A DNA stretch of 32,000 nucleotides from Akkermansia muciniphila ATCC BAA-835 (GTDB taxonomy: Bacteria > Verrucomicrobiota > Verrucomicrobiia > Verrucomicrobiales > Akkermansiaceae). The position numbers and the translations under genes were made by a program. This document shows positions 20,004-29,149 of the stretch, one piece after another; position 1 is the first letter of the stretch, and every line of letters starts with the position of its first letter. The notes beneath the pieces are model-generated. The model did not search any database, was not told where the DNA came from, and saw nothing but the letters and a program-made list of their open reading frames with translations. The stretch is taken from contig NC_010655.1 of assembly GCF_000020225.1 (NCBI RefSeq), forward strand, positions 1,980,001 through 2,012,000, given 5' to 3'.

Positions 20004-21689
20004 ATGAAGTTTACTTCCTGTATTATGTCCGCCGTTTGCGGAGTATTGTTCCTGTTTGCCGGGGCATCCGCTCTGGGCAATGGTTCCAACACTGTTTCCG
20101 GAAAGAAGCCCAATATCATCGTTTTCCTGGTAGATGACATGGGATGGCAGGATACTTCCCACCCGTTCTGGTCCGACAGCCAGGGCAACCCGAAGAAAAC
20201 CTTTTTGAACAGGCGCTACCGGACGCCGAATATGGAGAAGCTGGCTTCCCAGGGCATGACGTTTACGGATGCATATGCCCATCCCCTTTGCACTCCTTCC
20301 CGGGTGAGCCTGATGTCCGGCATGAATCCGGCGCGGCACCGCGTGACCTGCTGGGTACGGGAACAGAACGGAACGACGGACGCCAACAGCAGGAGCCTCC
20401 TGCCTCCGGACTGGGCGTTGAACGGCCTTCAGCCTATAGGCACTCCCGCCAGGGGAACGACAAAACGCCCCATTTCCGGGGAGGATATGCGCTATCACAT
20501 GACGCGTCCTTTTGCCACGGCGGCTACACTGCCGGAGATGCTGAAGAAGTGCGGTTATGTTACCGTCCATTGCGGGAAGGCCCATTTCGGCACGCAGGGA
20601 ACTCCGGGTTCCAATCCGTTGAATATGGGATTTGATTATAATATCGCAGGTACGGAGATCGGCCATCCGGCGGATTACCGCGGTTCCAGGCATTACGGAA
20701 AGGGGTTTAACCATGTGCGCGGACTGGATGAGAATAATTATTACCAGGACGATGTATTTTTGACGGAGGCCCTGACGCGGGAGGCCATTAAACGCCTGGA
20801 AGCCATCAGGACCAATCCCAGGGAGGCTGGCAAGCCCTTTTATCTGTACATGGCCCATTACGCTTTGCATTCTCCGCTGGATGAGCGCGCTTACGACAAG
20901 AGGTTTGCGGATGCCTACAAAAACCCGGAGGACGGCCACAAGTGGTCCCGGACGGAGAAACATTATTCCGGGCTGATCGAGGGGATGGACAAAAGCCTGG
21001 GGGATATCATGAAGTATCTCAGGGAACATCATCTGGAAAAAAATACCGTACTGGTGTTTATGTCGGATAACGGAGGCCTGGCCATCTCCGGCAGACTGGG
21101 CAATGAAGAGGCCAATTACCCTCTTTCCTTCGGCAAGGGGTCATGCATGGAAGGCGGTATCCGGGAGCCTATGATTGTTTCCTGGCCGGGCGTGACGAAG
21201 GGCGGTTCAAGGTGTGCCGTTCCGGTGGTTATTGACGATTTTTTCCCAACTCTTCTGGATATCGCCGGATGCCGGAACGTAGAAGTTCCGCAGAAGCTTG
21301 ACGGCTTAAGCCTGGTTCCTTTGCTCAAAGGCGGCCGGTTTCCTGAAGACCGCCCCCTTTTGTTCCACCAGCCGAATAATTGGGGGGAAGGCAGCCGGCA
21401 GGCGCCTCAGTATACTTCTTCCACCGCATTGCGCCAGGGGGATTGGAAATTGATTTACCGCCACCTGACCCAGAGCTTTGAGCTGTACCATTTAAGGAAA
21501 GATATCGGCGAGAAGGAAAACCTGGCTTCCAGGGAGCCGCGGAAAACCAGGGAAATGGCTGTTGTCATGGGCAGGTTGCTCCGGGAGAGGAAAGCGCAGA
21601 TGCCAACCTATAAGAAGGACAATGAGCTGGGCGCTCCTGCCGGGAGTTCCGTTCCGTGGCCCGACCAGGTGAAGGGGAATGGTTTTTGA
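20004..21689 (+). CDS. Secreted sulfatase (S1 family, Cys-type formylglycine site)
   Basis: Signal peptide [37 protein letters not shown], the CTPSR formylglycine motif ([13 protein letters not shown]), GKAHFG and VFMSDNGG are present. Confidence 0.9.
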   Translation: MKFTSCIMSAVCGVLFLFAGASALGNGSNTVSGKKPNIIVFLVDDMGWQDTSHPFWSDSQGNPKKTFLNRRYRTPNMEKLASQGMTFTDAYAHPLCTPSRVSLMSGMNPARHRVTCWVREQNGTTDANSRSLLPPDWALNGLQPIGTPARGTTKRPISGEDMRYHMTRPFATAATLPEMLKKCGYVTVHCGKAHFGTQGTPGSNPLNMGFDYNIAGTEIGHPADYRGSRHYGKGFNHVRGLDENNYYQDDVFLTEALTREAIKRLEAIRTNPREAGKPFYLYMAHYALHSPLDERAYDKRFADAYKNPEDGHKWSRTEKHYSGLIEGMDKSLGDIMKYLREHHLEKNTVLVFMSDNGGLAISGRLGNEEANYPLSFGKGSCMEGGIREPMIVSWPGVTKGGSRCAVPVVIDDFFPTLLDIAGCRNVEVPQKLDGLSLVPLLKGGRFPEDRPLLFHQPNNWGEGSRQAPQYTSSTALRQGDWKLIYRHLTQSFELYHLRKDIGEKENLASREPRKTREMAVVMGRLLRERKAQMPTYKKDNELGAPAGSSVPWPDQVKGNGF

Positions 21690-21937
21690 TGATCCGCAAT
21701 AACGTTTTTCCAAAGTTTTTTCATAACCCCCGGCAGGATTCACATCCCGCCGGGCGGACCGGGTCGAGGCTGGGGTGCCCTCACTTCTTTTTCCAGTAGT
21801 TTTTTCTGTCCGGTATAGGAATGGTGTGTGTTTTCTTTTCCGGATGCAGGATCATCGTTTTTCGTGAATGAAGGCCTCAGCTTTTTTCGGAGCAAGGGGA
21901 GGAATGAGCAAGGGAACTGGTTCGGGAGGGATAAAAA

Positions 21938-21966
21938 ACGCCCCGACGGATATGGCGTCGGGGCGT
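21938..21966 (-). terminator. Rho-independent terminator of the minus-strand lipoprotein gene; may also stop the convergent sulfatase gene
   Basis: An 11-bp stem, ACGCCCCGACG pairing with CGTCGGGGCGT, with a 7-nt loop. It is flanked by an A-run at 21933-21938, which reads as a T-run on the minus strand. It lies 40 nt downstream of the stop at 22006. Confidence 0.75.
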
Positions 21967-22005
21967 GACAGAGGTTAAATAACGAAGTTCCCTGAAAGGG
22001 AGGGT

Positions 22006-22752
22006 TTAAAAATCGTCGGTGACAGCGGCATCATCCGTTGTCGTGGTATCTTCGCTTTCAGCAGCGCTGTCCGCAGAGGGCTCCTCTTCCGTTCCGGCAG
22101 TATCGTCGGCAGGAGTTTCTTCCGTAGCGCCTGGTTCAGAAACGGACGTTGCTGCGGATTTGGCAGCGGGCACTGCGGACGGAGCAGCTCCCTTGGGCGG
22201 AACAACGACTTTCATGGCCGGAGGGGCGGGAACGGGAGTTTCCAGACCGTCAGCCTTGCGGGTGCTGACGCGGAGTCCGTCAGCATAAGCCAGGTTTTTC
22301 AGGATGGCATAGCCCAGGGCGGGAGCCCGGTCCGTCGTGTTGACCAGCATCTTGAAGTGGTTGTTGACGGACATCTTGCGGGCGTCCTTGCCATTGCGGA
22401 AGGGAATGATGCCTGTCATGTTGCCGTCATTGTCAATGCAGATCGCCCAGAAAGAGCGGTCTACCTGGATGAAGTACTGCGGGCGGATGTAGTCCATCGT
22501 TTTCCATTCAGCGCCCTTGATGTATTCCTCCATGGCGCGGCGCGCATTGGCCGGCATGCTGCCCCAGTCAGCGTAAACCCGGGAGGTCAGCGTTTCACGG
22601 CCATTGTAGCCGTGCACGGATACGTGCTGGGCAGTAGCAAATTGACGGGCATAGCTCTCGGGAGAGGCAGGTTGGCAAGAGCTGGTGAAGAGCGCTGCTC
22701 CGGCGGTCAGGATGCAGGCTGCTGCAGTAGTGAAGGGATGAATGTTAGTCAT
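22006..22752 (-). CDS. Lipoprotein of unknown function with a Pro/Ala-rich linker and strongly acidic C-terminal tail
   Basis: ATG 22752 gives MTNIHPFTTAAACILTAGAALFTSSC, a signal peptide plus lipobox. The C-terminal ~80 aa are low complexity (PAPPAMKVVVPPKGAAP...EETPADDTAGTEEEPSADSAAESEDTTTTDDAAVTDDF). I recognise no family. Confidence 0.65.
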   Translation of the reverse strand: MTNIHPFTTAAACILTAGAALFTSSCQPASPESYARQFATAQHVSVHGYNGRETLTSRVYADWGSMPANARRAMEEYIKGAEWKTMDYIRPQYFIQVDRSFWAICIDNDGNMTGIIPFRNGKDARKMSVNNHFKMLVNTTDRAPALGYAILKNLAYADGLRVSTRKADGLETPVPAPPAMKVVVPPKGAAPSAVPAAKSAATSVSEPGATEETPADDTAGTEEEPSADSAAESEDTTTTDDAAVTDDF

Positions 22753-22973
22753 GGCAATCGCAATGGTTACGTTATAAAAGAGGAAAATACATCCCATTTC
22801 AAGGAAAAGAATGCAGGAGGTACCGTTTTGTGCCGTTTTTTGACGTTTCCGTTTGATGCGGGGGGCTGGCGGGAGTGGGGAAGGCGTTCTCATGCCCGTC
22901 TCGCAGGTATGATGGTAAATTACTAAAATTTTTCTCGCAAATCGTTCTGAATCGCTTAGGTTGTCGTTGCTTT

Positions 22974-24176
22974 ATGTCCGCCTTTATCATCAGCCTGCCG
23001 GCCCTGGAACGCAACGCTCTTATCCTGAGGGATGTGGCGGATGCCGCAGGGTGCCGCATCGCTCTGGCGCTGAAGGGGTTTTCCTGCTGGCCCTGTTTTG
23101 AGGCCCTGTCCCCCTGGCTGGACGGCTGCTGCGCTTCCGGCCTGTGGGAGGCGCGGCTGGCCCGGCGCAGGTTCGGGAAGCATGTGCTGACTTATTCTCC
23201 CGGCCATGCCCCGGAGGAAATAGCGGAGCTGGCGGAGATTTCCAGCCATCTTGATTTTAACAGCCTGACGCAGTGGAGCCGTTTCCGGGAGGAAGTGATG
23301 CGGCATCCCCGCTTTGTTTCCGGTGAATTGAAATGCGGCTTGCGCGTCAATCCCCAATGTTCCACCGGGCATACGCCCATATATGACCCCTGTGCCCCCG
23401 GTTCCCGCCTGGGCGTGACGCCGGACATGATGCAGGGGGCGGACCTGTCCGGCATTTCCGGTCTTCATTTCCATACTTTATGCGAACAGGGAGCGGATGA
23501 CCTGGCGGTAACGATGGAGGCGGTGGAACGCCACTTCGGCCATCTTCTGAGCCGCCCGGAGATTTCCTGGCTGAATATGGGAGGAGGTCATTGGATTACC
23601 AAACCCGACTATGACCGGAAGCTGCTGGCGGCACTTATCCGCCGCATCCGCGAACGCTACGGTGTGGAGGTATGGCTGGAACCGGGAGAGGCCGCTGCCA
23701 TTCATACCGGGGTGCTGCGGTGCCGGGTGCTGGACCTTTTTTCCGCGGAGGGGGTGAATCATGCCATTCTGGATGTTTCCGCATCCGCCCACATGCCGGA
23801 TACGCTGGAAATGCCTTATCGGCCGGATGTGTTCCAGATTGCAGGAGACGCTTCCCTCCGTTCCGCGCAGCAGCCCGCCGTACGGTTGGAAGGGGAGAGC
23901 TATGCGCTGGCGGGGAAGGCCGGGGAAAAAGCTTATACGTACCGGCTGGGCGCCCCCACGTGCCTGGCGGGAGACCGGCTTGGAGATTATTCCTTCGCGG
24001 AGCCCCTGGCGGTAGGTGACGAACTTGTGTTTGACGATATGGCGCATTATACGATGGTGAAGACTACGTTTTTCAATGGCGTGCGCCATCCGGACATCGC
24101 CGTTCAGAGAAAAGACGGTTCCGTGGAGACGGTGCGCCGTTTTTCCTATGAAGATTTTGAGGCCCGCCTGGGCTAG
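22974..24176 (+). CDS. nspC: Carboxynorspermidine/carboxyspermidine decarboxylase
   Basis: ALKGFSCWPCFEALSPWLDGCCASGLWEARLA, LDFNSLTQW and GLRVNPQCSTGHTPIYDPCAPGSRLGV fit the NspC/CANSDC pattern. ATG 22974 was chosen over the non-homologous upstream extension. Confidence 0.88.
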   Translation: MSAFIISLPALERNALILRDVADAAGCRIALALKGFSCWPCFEALSPWLDGCCASGLWEARLARRRFGKHVLTYSPGHAPEEIAELAEISSHLDFNSLTQWSRFREEVMRHPRFVSGELKCGLRVNPQCSTGHTPIYDPCAPGSRLGVTPDMMQGADLSGISGLHFHTLCEQGADDLAVTMEAVERHFGHLLSRPEISWLNMGGGHWITKPDYDRKLLAALIRRIRERYGVEVWLEPGEAAAIHTGVLRCRVLDLFSAEGVNHAILDVSASAHMPDTLEMPYRPDVFQIAGDASLRSAQQPAVRLEGESYALAGKAGEKAYTYRLGAPTCLAGDRLGDYSFAEPLAVGDELVFDDMAHYTMVKTTFFNGVRHPDIAVQRKDGSVETVRRFSYEDFEARLG

Positions 24177-24199
24177 AATATTTGACCAGACAGATTGAC

Positions 24200-26137
24200 A
24201 TGGCAGCAGCTAAAGAAGGCATCAAGCAGAAAGTCCGCGGGTGGAGTCACCATGATTCCGCAGATTTGTACGGCATTGACGATTGGGGGAACGGTTATTT
24301 TCGCATCAGCAAAAAGGGAGAGGTTACCGTACGCCTGAATGACGAGGATGGAGGAAAGAAGGATGTCAGCCTGTGCGATTTGCTGGAGGGGCTGAAGGAG
24401 CGTGGGACTACCGTTCCCGTTCTGTTCCGGTTCCGGGATTTGCTGCGCAGCCGTATTGCGGAGCTGAACGACAGTTTCCGGAAAGCAATCAAGGAGGCGG
24501 GGTACCAGGGTAAGTACCAGGGCGTTTACCCAATCAAGGTGAACCAGCAGCGCCAGGTGGTGGAGGAGATTGCGGAGTTCGGCACCAAGTATGATTATGG
24601 TCTGGAGGCCGGTTCCAAGCCGGAGCTGATAGCCGCCATGGCCCATATGCACAATCCGAATGCCTATCTGATTTGCAACGGGTACAAGGATGACGAGTTT
24701 ATTGACCTGGCGTTGACGGCCCAGAAGATGGGGCTGAATATTTTTATCGTGCTGGAAATGCCTTCCGAGCTGGACGTTATTCTGGAGCGCGCCAGAAGGA
24801 TGGATATCCGCCCTAATCTGGGCGTGCGCGTCAAGCTGGCGGCCAAGGGGTCCGGATTATGGCAGGAATCCGCGGGGGATAAGTCCGTTTTCGGGCTGAA
24901 CGCAGCCCAGGTGGTGGATGTGGTGGATAAGCTGAAGCAGGTGGATGCGCTGGACTGCCTGAAGCTGCTCCATTATCATCAGGGGTCCCAGATTCCAAAT
25001 ATTTCCGTGGTGCGCGAGGGGCTGACGGAGGCGGTCCGCATTTACGTGGACCTGGTGAAGGAGGGCGCCCCTCTGGGCACGCTGGACATGGGCGGCGGCC
25101 TGGCCGTGGATTATGACGGTTCCAAGACGAATTTCCATTCTTCCTGCAATTATTCCATTGCGGAGTTTGCCCGTGACGTGGTGGAGGTTGTGGGAGACAT
25201 GTGTTCCAAGTACGGGGTTCCCCATCCCACGCTGGTGACGGAGTCCGGACGGGCCGTAGTGGCCTATTATTCCGTGCTGGTGTTCAACGTGCTGGATGTG
25301 ACGAGCGCTCCGGGCGAGGAACCTCCGCCCGAGCTTCCGGATGACGCTCCGGAGCTGTTGAAGGCTTTTGCGGACACGGACCGGACGCTGGCCAGGAAGA
25401 ATATGCAGGAGTGCTATAATGACGCCTGTTATTACCGGGATCAGTTGAGAGCCCAGTTTTTTTACGGGAACGCCACCCTGCGGCAGCGCGGGCTGGGAGA
25501 GGCTTATTATTGGCATATCCTGAGCCGCATTTCCCGCATGCTGGCGGAGATGGAGACCATTCCGGAGGATCTCAGGGAGCTTTCCTGCTCCATGGTGGAC
25601 TTTTATTACGGCAATTTTTCACTGTTCCAGTCTCTTCCGGATTCCTGGGCCATCCGCCAGCTTTTCCCCGTGATGCCTCTGCACCGTTTGAATGAACGGC
25701 CCACGAATAAGGCCGTGCTGGCAGACATCACGTGCGATTGCGACGGAAAGATAGACCATTTCATTGACCGTGAGGACGTGGCAACCGCCCTCCCCCTGCA
25801 TGCCATCAAACCCGGCGAGGACGATTATTACATAGGCGTATTCCTGGTAGGAGCCTATCAGGAGACCTTGGGGGATTTGCATAACCTGCTGGGAGATACG
25901 AATGTGGTTGGCGTGCATCTGGAAGGCGGCCGCCCCGTTTATACCCATGAAGTGGAGGGCGATACGGTGTCCGATGTCCTTTCCTACGTGGAGTATGATC
26001 CCAAGGAGTTGATCAACAAGTTCCGCACGTTTGCGGAGCAAGCCGTAGCCGAGGGGAAAATATCTCCGTCCGAACGCCGGAGAGCCTTGGAAGTGTTCCG
26101 TTCCGGATTGAATGGATACACTTATTACGAACTGTAG
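24200..26137 (+). CDS. speA: Biosynthetic arginine decarboxylase
   Basis: About 645 aa. The N-terminus WSHHDSADLYGIDDWGNGYFRISKKGEVTV is typical of SpeA. Also YQGVYPIKVNQQ (PLP lysine region), GLEAGSKPEL and ITCDCDGKIDHF. It starts 24 nt after the nspC stop, so the two are a likely operon. Confidence 0.94.
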   Translation: MAAAKEGIKQKVRGWSHHDSADLYGIDDWGNGYFRISKKGEVTVRLNDEDGGKKDVSLCDLLEGLKERGTTVPVLFRFRDLLRSRIAELNDSFRKAIKEAGYQGKYQGVYPIKVNQQRQVVEEIAEFGTKYDYGLEAGSKPELIAAMAHMHNPNAYLICNGYKDDEFIDLALTAQKMGLNIFIVLEMPSELDVILERARRMDIRPNLGVRVKLAAKGSGLWQESAGDKSVFGLNAAQVVDVVDKLKQVDALDCLKLLHYHQGSQIPNISVVREGLTEAVRIYVDLVKEGAPLGTLDMGGGLAVDYDGSKTNFHSSCNYSIAEFARDVVEVVGDMCSKYGVPHPTLVTESGRAVVAYYSVLVFNVLDVTSAPGEEPPPELPDDAPELLKAFADTDRTLARKNMQECYNDACYYRDQLRAQFFYGNATLRQRGLGEAYYWHILSRISRMLAEMETIPEDLRELSCSMVDFYYGNFSLFQSLPDSWAIRQLFPVMPLHRLNERPTNKAVLADITCDCDGKIDHFIDREDVATALPLHAIKPGEDDYYIGVFLVGAYQETLGDLHNLLGDTNVVGVHLEGGRPVYTHEVEGDTVSDVLSYVEYDPKELINKFRTFAEQAVAEGKISPSERRRALEVFRSGLNGYTYYEL

Positions 26138-26207
26138 GAAACGGTCTTGTCTTTTGCTTCAACAGGGAGCGTTTGTCCCGTGCCGGCGCGTTTTCCTTTG
26201 TTGCGGA

Positions 26208-27308
26208 TCAGGAGACCGGCGGTTCTTCCGGCGGTTTCGTTTCTTCAATGACCTTGGCTGGCGTCAGGGCCCAGAAGCGCGTGGCCGTTTGCGGAGAGAT
26301 GCCTTTCATGTTCAAGTACCGTGTGCGGAGCAGGGAGGAGGAGCGGTGCCCCATTTCCATTTGCAACAGGTTGTAGTCCTTGAAGTGCTTGGCGTGGTAG
26401 CTGGCGTAGGTGTGCCGCAGGCAGTCCGGCACCCATGATTTTTTTCTTCCTCCCCAGCCGGCTTTTTTCCGGATTTTGCGCCACTTGATTGTCCACCCTT
26501 TCGGGCAGATGGGAGTTCCGGGGCCGGGTTTGGTCCTGTCACGGCAGAATTTGAGCCATTTGGCGAGCACGGGCAGGATGGTGACGTGTCTGGCGCCTCC
26601 GGTTTTGGTATGCTTGGAGTTCAGAATGATACAGCCGTCGCGGAGAGCGATGTTTTCCCAGAGCAGGCGTTCCACTTCCTGCGGGCGGATTCCTGCAAAG
26701 ATCATCAGCGCCGCTCCAGCTGCGCAGCTTCCGTCAAATTCTTCCATGGCCGCCTTGAGAAGCTGAGTTATTTCCTTCAGCGTCAGAGCGGGGATTTCCT
26801 GCTCCTGCAGAAAAGGCGTGTCTACACGGAGGATGGGATTCTCGTCACACCATCCGCGTTTGACGGAGAACGAGAAAATTCCGCTCAAGATGAGCCTCGC
26901 TTTGTGCCTCTGCCGGGATGTGGTAAAGGTATTCATCAGGATGTTCTGGCATTCCTCCACGCTCAGGTTGCGCAGGGAGGTGTGTTCCAGTTCCGGATTG
27001 CTCTTTTTAAGCTTGTGGATGATGCTCCTGATGTCCGTCAGCGTCCGGGGACGGCGGTGGCTTTTGGAACGCAGGCATTCCACGGCCGCCGTGCCGAAAC
27101 TGACGGTTTGATGTTTGTTTTTAATGGCGTTCAATCCCAGGGAGACGACTTCCCGGCACCGGGTAATGGTACAGATTTCATCTCCAAGGGCTTCCTTGAT
27201 TTCTAATACCAGCCTTGCAGCCTGGATCAGGGTGACTGATTCCCCCTCCAGAAGTGCGGCTCCGACATATTTCAATTTGTTTGTATTCGGTGCTTTTTTC
27301 ATGTTCAT
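26208..27308 (-). CDS. Tyrosine recombinase / phage-type integrase
   Basis: The C-terminal catalytic domain has R (AGIRPQEV), H-x-x-R (CLRHTYAS), H (MGHRSSS) and Y (RTRYLNM). The ORF opens at GTG 27329, and ATGs occur at 27308 and 27302. No tRNA gene or direct-repeat att pair is visible nearby. Confidence 0.88.
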   Translation of the reverse strand: MNMKKAPNTNKLKYVGAALLEGESVTLIQAARLVLEIKEALGDEICTITRCREVVSLGLNAIKNKHQTVSFGTAAVECLRSKSHRRPRTLTDIRSIIHKLKKSNPELEHTSLRNLSVEECQNILMNTFTTSRQRHKARLILSGIFSFSVKRGWCDENPILRVDTPFLQEQEIPALTLKEITQLLKAAMEEFDGSCAAGAALMIFAGIRPQEVERLLWENIALRDGCIILNSKHTKTGGARHVTILPVLAKWLKFCRDRTKPGPGTPICPKGWTIKWRKIRKKAGWGGRKKSWVPDCLRHTYASYHAKHFKDYNLLQMEMGHRSSSLLRTRYLNMKGISPQTATRFWALTPAKVIEETKPPEEPPVS

Positions 27309-27625
27309 TTCTCGTGTTTGTCCAAACACGGTTTTAATGAAAAAGGCTATCCTTATAATGGGGAAAACTTATGCTTTCCACTAGAAAACGCGTAACCGTC
27401 AAGGATATGTTGTTACTTATGTTTTCTTTGAACCGGCCGGAAAATCAAAGTTTCTGATGGTGCAGGAACCGAAAATGTTAGAAAGCGCGGCTCCCTGTGC
27501 TGAATGTCAAGATGGACGTGACTTGTCCGGCATGAGTATATTTCTGTTGGAAGAGGGGTAAAGGAACGGCCGGATGAAAGTATTTTACATGGCCGGACGT
27601 ATGGGATATACTGCTTCACTGTATC

Positions 27626-28043
27626 ATGAACATCAGAATTCATTCTTTCAACGTATCATGTGCCGGCCTTTGCTGCGTATTGGGGTCTTTTTTCGCGGCG
27701 GACGCCCGTGAGATTTATTCCCTGAACGGTTCCTGGGATTTCAGTTTTAACGGGAAGCCTGCTGAAAAAGTGACGGTGCCCCATACATGGAACGCAGAGG
27801 ATGCCGCCAATGGTGCTCAGGGGAAGCGGGAAGACGCCAAATCCGTCAACAGTGACGCCTACCGCCGCGGGCCGGCCGTTTATTCGCGCACGCTTCCGGT
27901 GGAGCCCAGGCCGGGCAAGAGGTATTTCATCCGCGGCGGGGGAGCCAGCATTGTTTCCGAGGTTTCCGTCAATGGGAAGCCTGCCGGCAGCCATGAGGGG
28001 GCGTTTACGGCTTTCTGTTATGAAATAACGCCCCTTTTGAAAA
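27626..28043 (+). pseudogene. N-terminal fragment of a glycoside hydrolase family 2 gene (beta-galactosidase/glucuronidase-like) interrupted by a transposon
   Basis: Signal peptide, then the GH2 sugar-binding-domain pattern (SLNGSWDFSF, VTVPHTWNAED, YFIRGGGASIVSEVSVNGKPAGSHEGAFTAFCYEITPLLK). Composition switches abruptly at 28044. The frame resumes after the right-hand target duplication (31987-32000) to read ITPLLKKGSNT. Confidence 0.85.
28036..28043. repeat. Left copy of the 8-bp target-site duplication TTTGAAAA
   Basis: Identical to 31979-31986. It directly abuts the terminal inverted repeat. The match cannot be extended by a single base on either side. Confidence 0.8.
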
Positions 28044-28068
28044 GGGATTTATATACTTAAGTTAGGCG
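28044..28068 (+). repeat. Left terminal inverted repeat (IRL)
   Basis: GGGATTTATATACTTAAGTTAGGCG compared with the reverse complement of 31954-31978 (GGGCCTTATATACTTGACTTCGGTT): 19 of 25 positions match, including 13 of the first 15. Confidence 0.75.
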
Positions 28069-28330
28069 CTTTTTAATTGCTTCTAAGAAGCCCCTTTGAG
28101 TTTTTTTACAAGTTCTAATGCGTCTTCCATTGTTATGAACATGCGCATGAAATTTGATTGGAAAGACTTGAAATTATACTTTTTATAAAATTTTTCGGAA
28201 TTATCCCTTTTAATCTTGTTACCCCTCTCCTACTTCGTAGGGAAAGAGAATATAGATATTTGCTGGAAGAGGTTGTGTCGTTTTTGATTTTGTCAAATAA
28301 TAAGAAATTGGTATTATTTCGAAAAGAAAA

Positions 28331-28365
28331 GCGCTACCTCACTTTTTCATGAGGTAGTGCTTTTT
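28331..28365. terminator. Bidirectional rho-independent terminator at the end of the cargo operon
   Basis: An 11-bp stem, GCGCTACCTCA pairing with TGAGGTAGTGC (one G-U pair), with an 8-nt loop. TTTTT follows on the plus strand and TTTTCTTTTC on the minus strand. Confidence 0.7.
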
Positions 28366-28384
28366 AACTTGTAAAGAGGAGAGG

Positions 28385-28473
28385 CTTCCAAAGACGTATG
28401 TTACACTATCGTGTAGTTCAAAAGTGCGTGTGTTATACATACTACACGATAGTGTAACATACGTCTTTGGAAG
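28385..28473. repeat. Perfect 33-bp inverted repeat with a 23-nt spacer (giant hairpin/cruciform)
   Basis: 28385-28417 (CTTCCAAAGACGTATGTTACACTATCGTGTAGT) is the exact reverse complement of 28441-28473. It lies between the stop of the 215-aa gene (28501) and the terminator at 28331-28365. Confidence 0.9.
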
Positions 28474-28500
28474 AAACAATATTGAAAAATGTCATTGCCT

Positions 28501-29148
28501 TTAAAAGCAAGCGATAACGCCTTCAACAATACTTTGTAATTTCGGACAACCGACTGAAATAGTAATGAGAGAAGAAAGAATCACCGAAGCAATCCACAGT
28601 AAAGCCTTCAAACCAAATTTAACACAATATTTCCTTTTTGCCCAATTAATATCTGATATTTTAGAATTAATATGGTCGTATAGCTCAGTATATTGATTAT
28701 AGGCGTCTTCGTATTTTTTCAGAGATTTTGTTTTATCGATTCCTTCTATTTTTTTAGCCTCTCTAACTGAGAAAATAGCTTCATTGTGCAATTTTTTGTA
28801 AGTGACGTAAAATTGTCCATTATCTACTACAAATAAATCGACACGCTTAGTCCTTTTCTCAAAATTTTTAACATAATCAGATAAATGAATATTAAGGTAT
28901 TTATAACAATCCAAAATTATTCTCCAAATATGTCCTTCCGCTTTTGCAATTTCATCTTTAATAGTTTCGGGCTTTAAATCAGGAATATAGCATCTAGCTA
29001 TATGGTCATGTAAAGCACGAATTTCATTAAAAAGTTCTATAGGAAATTTTTCGTATTTCGCTTCTATATCCGCTATCAATAATTTGATAGTATTATTATA
29101 TGTCGTATAGAGATTCTCTATACGTGATAAATAATCAGAGGAAAGCAT
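28501..29148 (-). CDS. Hypothetical 215-aa helical protein with one C-terminal transmembrane helix (candidate effector of the cargo module)
   Basis: An intact ORF. The ATG lies one base after the stop of the upstream 82-aa ORF. The hydrophobic helix FGLKALLWIASVILSSLITISVG is near the C-terminus. An R-x4-H motif (RALHDH, residues 44-49) is present. I recognise no family. Confidence 0.7.
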   Translation of the reverse strand: MLSSDYLSRIENLYTTYNNTIKLLIADIEAKYEKFPIELFNEIRALHDHIARCYIPDLKPETIKDEIAKAEGHIWRIILDCYKYLNIHLSDYVKNFEKRTKRVDLFVVDNGQFYVTYKKLHNEAIFSVREAKKIEGIDKTKSLKKYEDAYNQYTELYDHINSKISDINWAKRKYCVKFGLKALLWIASVILSSLITISVGCPKLQSIVEGVIACF

Positions 29149-29149
29149 T

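Noticed and set aside
19835-20188. 118-codon N-terminal extension of the leuS ORF
   Set aside because: The extension has no LeuRS homology and would run across the divergent promoter into the sulfatase gene. The canonical LeuRS N-terminus begins at ATG 19834.
26187-27392. 9-bp inverted match (CGCGTTTTC / GAAAACGCG) flanking the integrase gene, considered as possible invertible-segment ends
   Set aside because: It is only 9 bp and cannot be extended. I found it after choosing the windows post hoc, so it is not distinguishable from chance.
27431-27611. Repeated GGCCGGA motifs and short GTCCGGC/GCCGGAC and AGTATAT inverted matches upstream of the GH2 gene, considered as an invertible promoter
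   Set aside because: The matches are short (6-10 bp) and not collinear. They do not form a single consistent inverted-repeat pair.
28083-28229. 48-codon open frame on the minus strand next to IRL (…KIKRDNSEKFYKKYNFKSFQSNFMRMFITMEDALELVKKLKGAS)
   Set aside because: There is no ATG until codon 28 and no recognisable family. It may be the C-terminal relic of a lost cargo gene, but I cannot support it as a feature.
28158-28352. 64-aa plus-strand ORF (TTG start) inside the transposon
   Set aside because: It is hydrophobic, low-complexity, AT-driven sequence with a non-ATG start. Its stop lies inside the terminator hairpin, so it is probably spurious.
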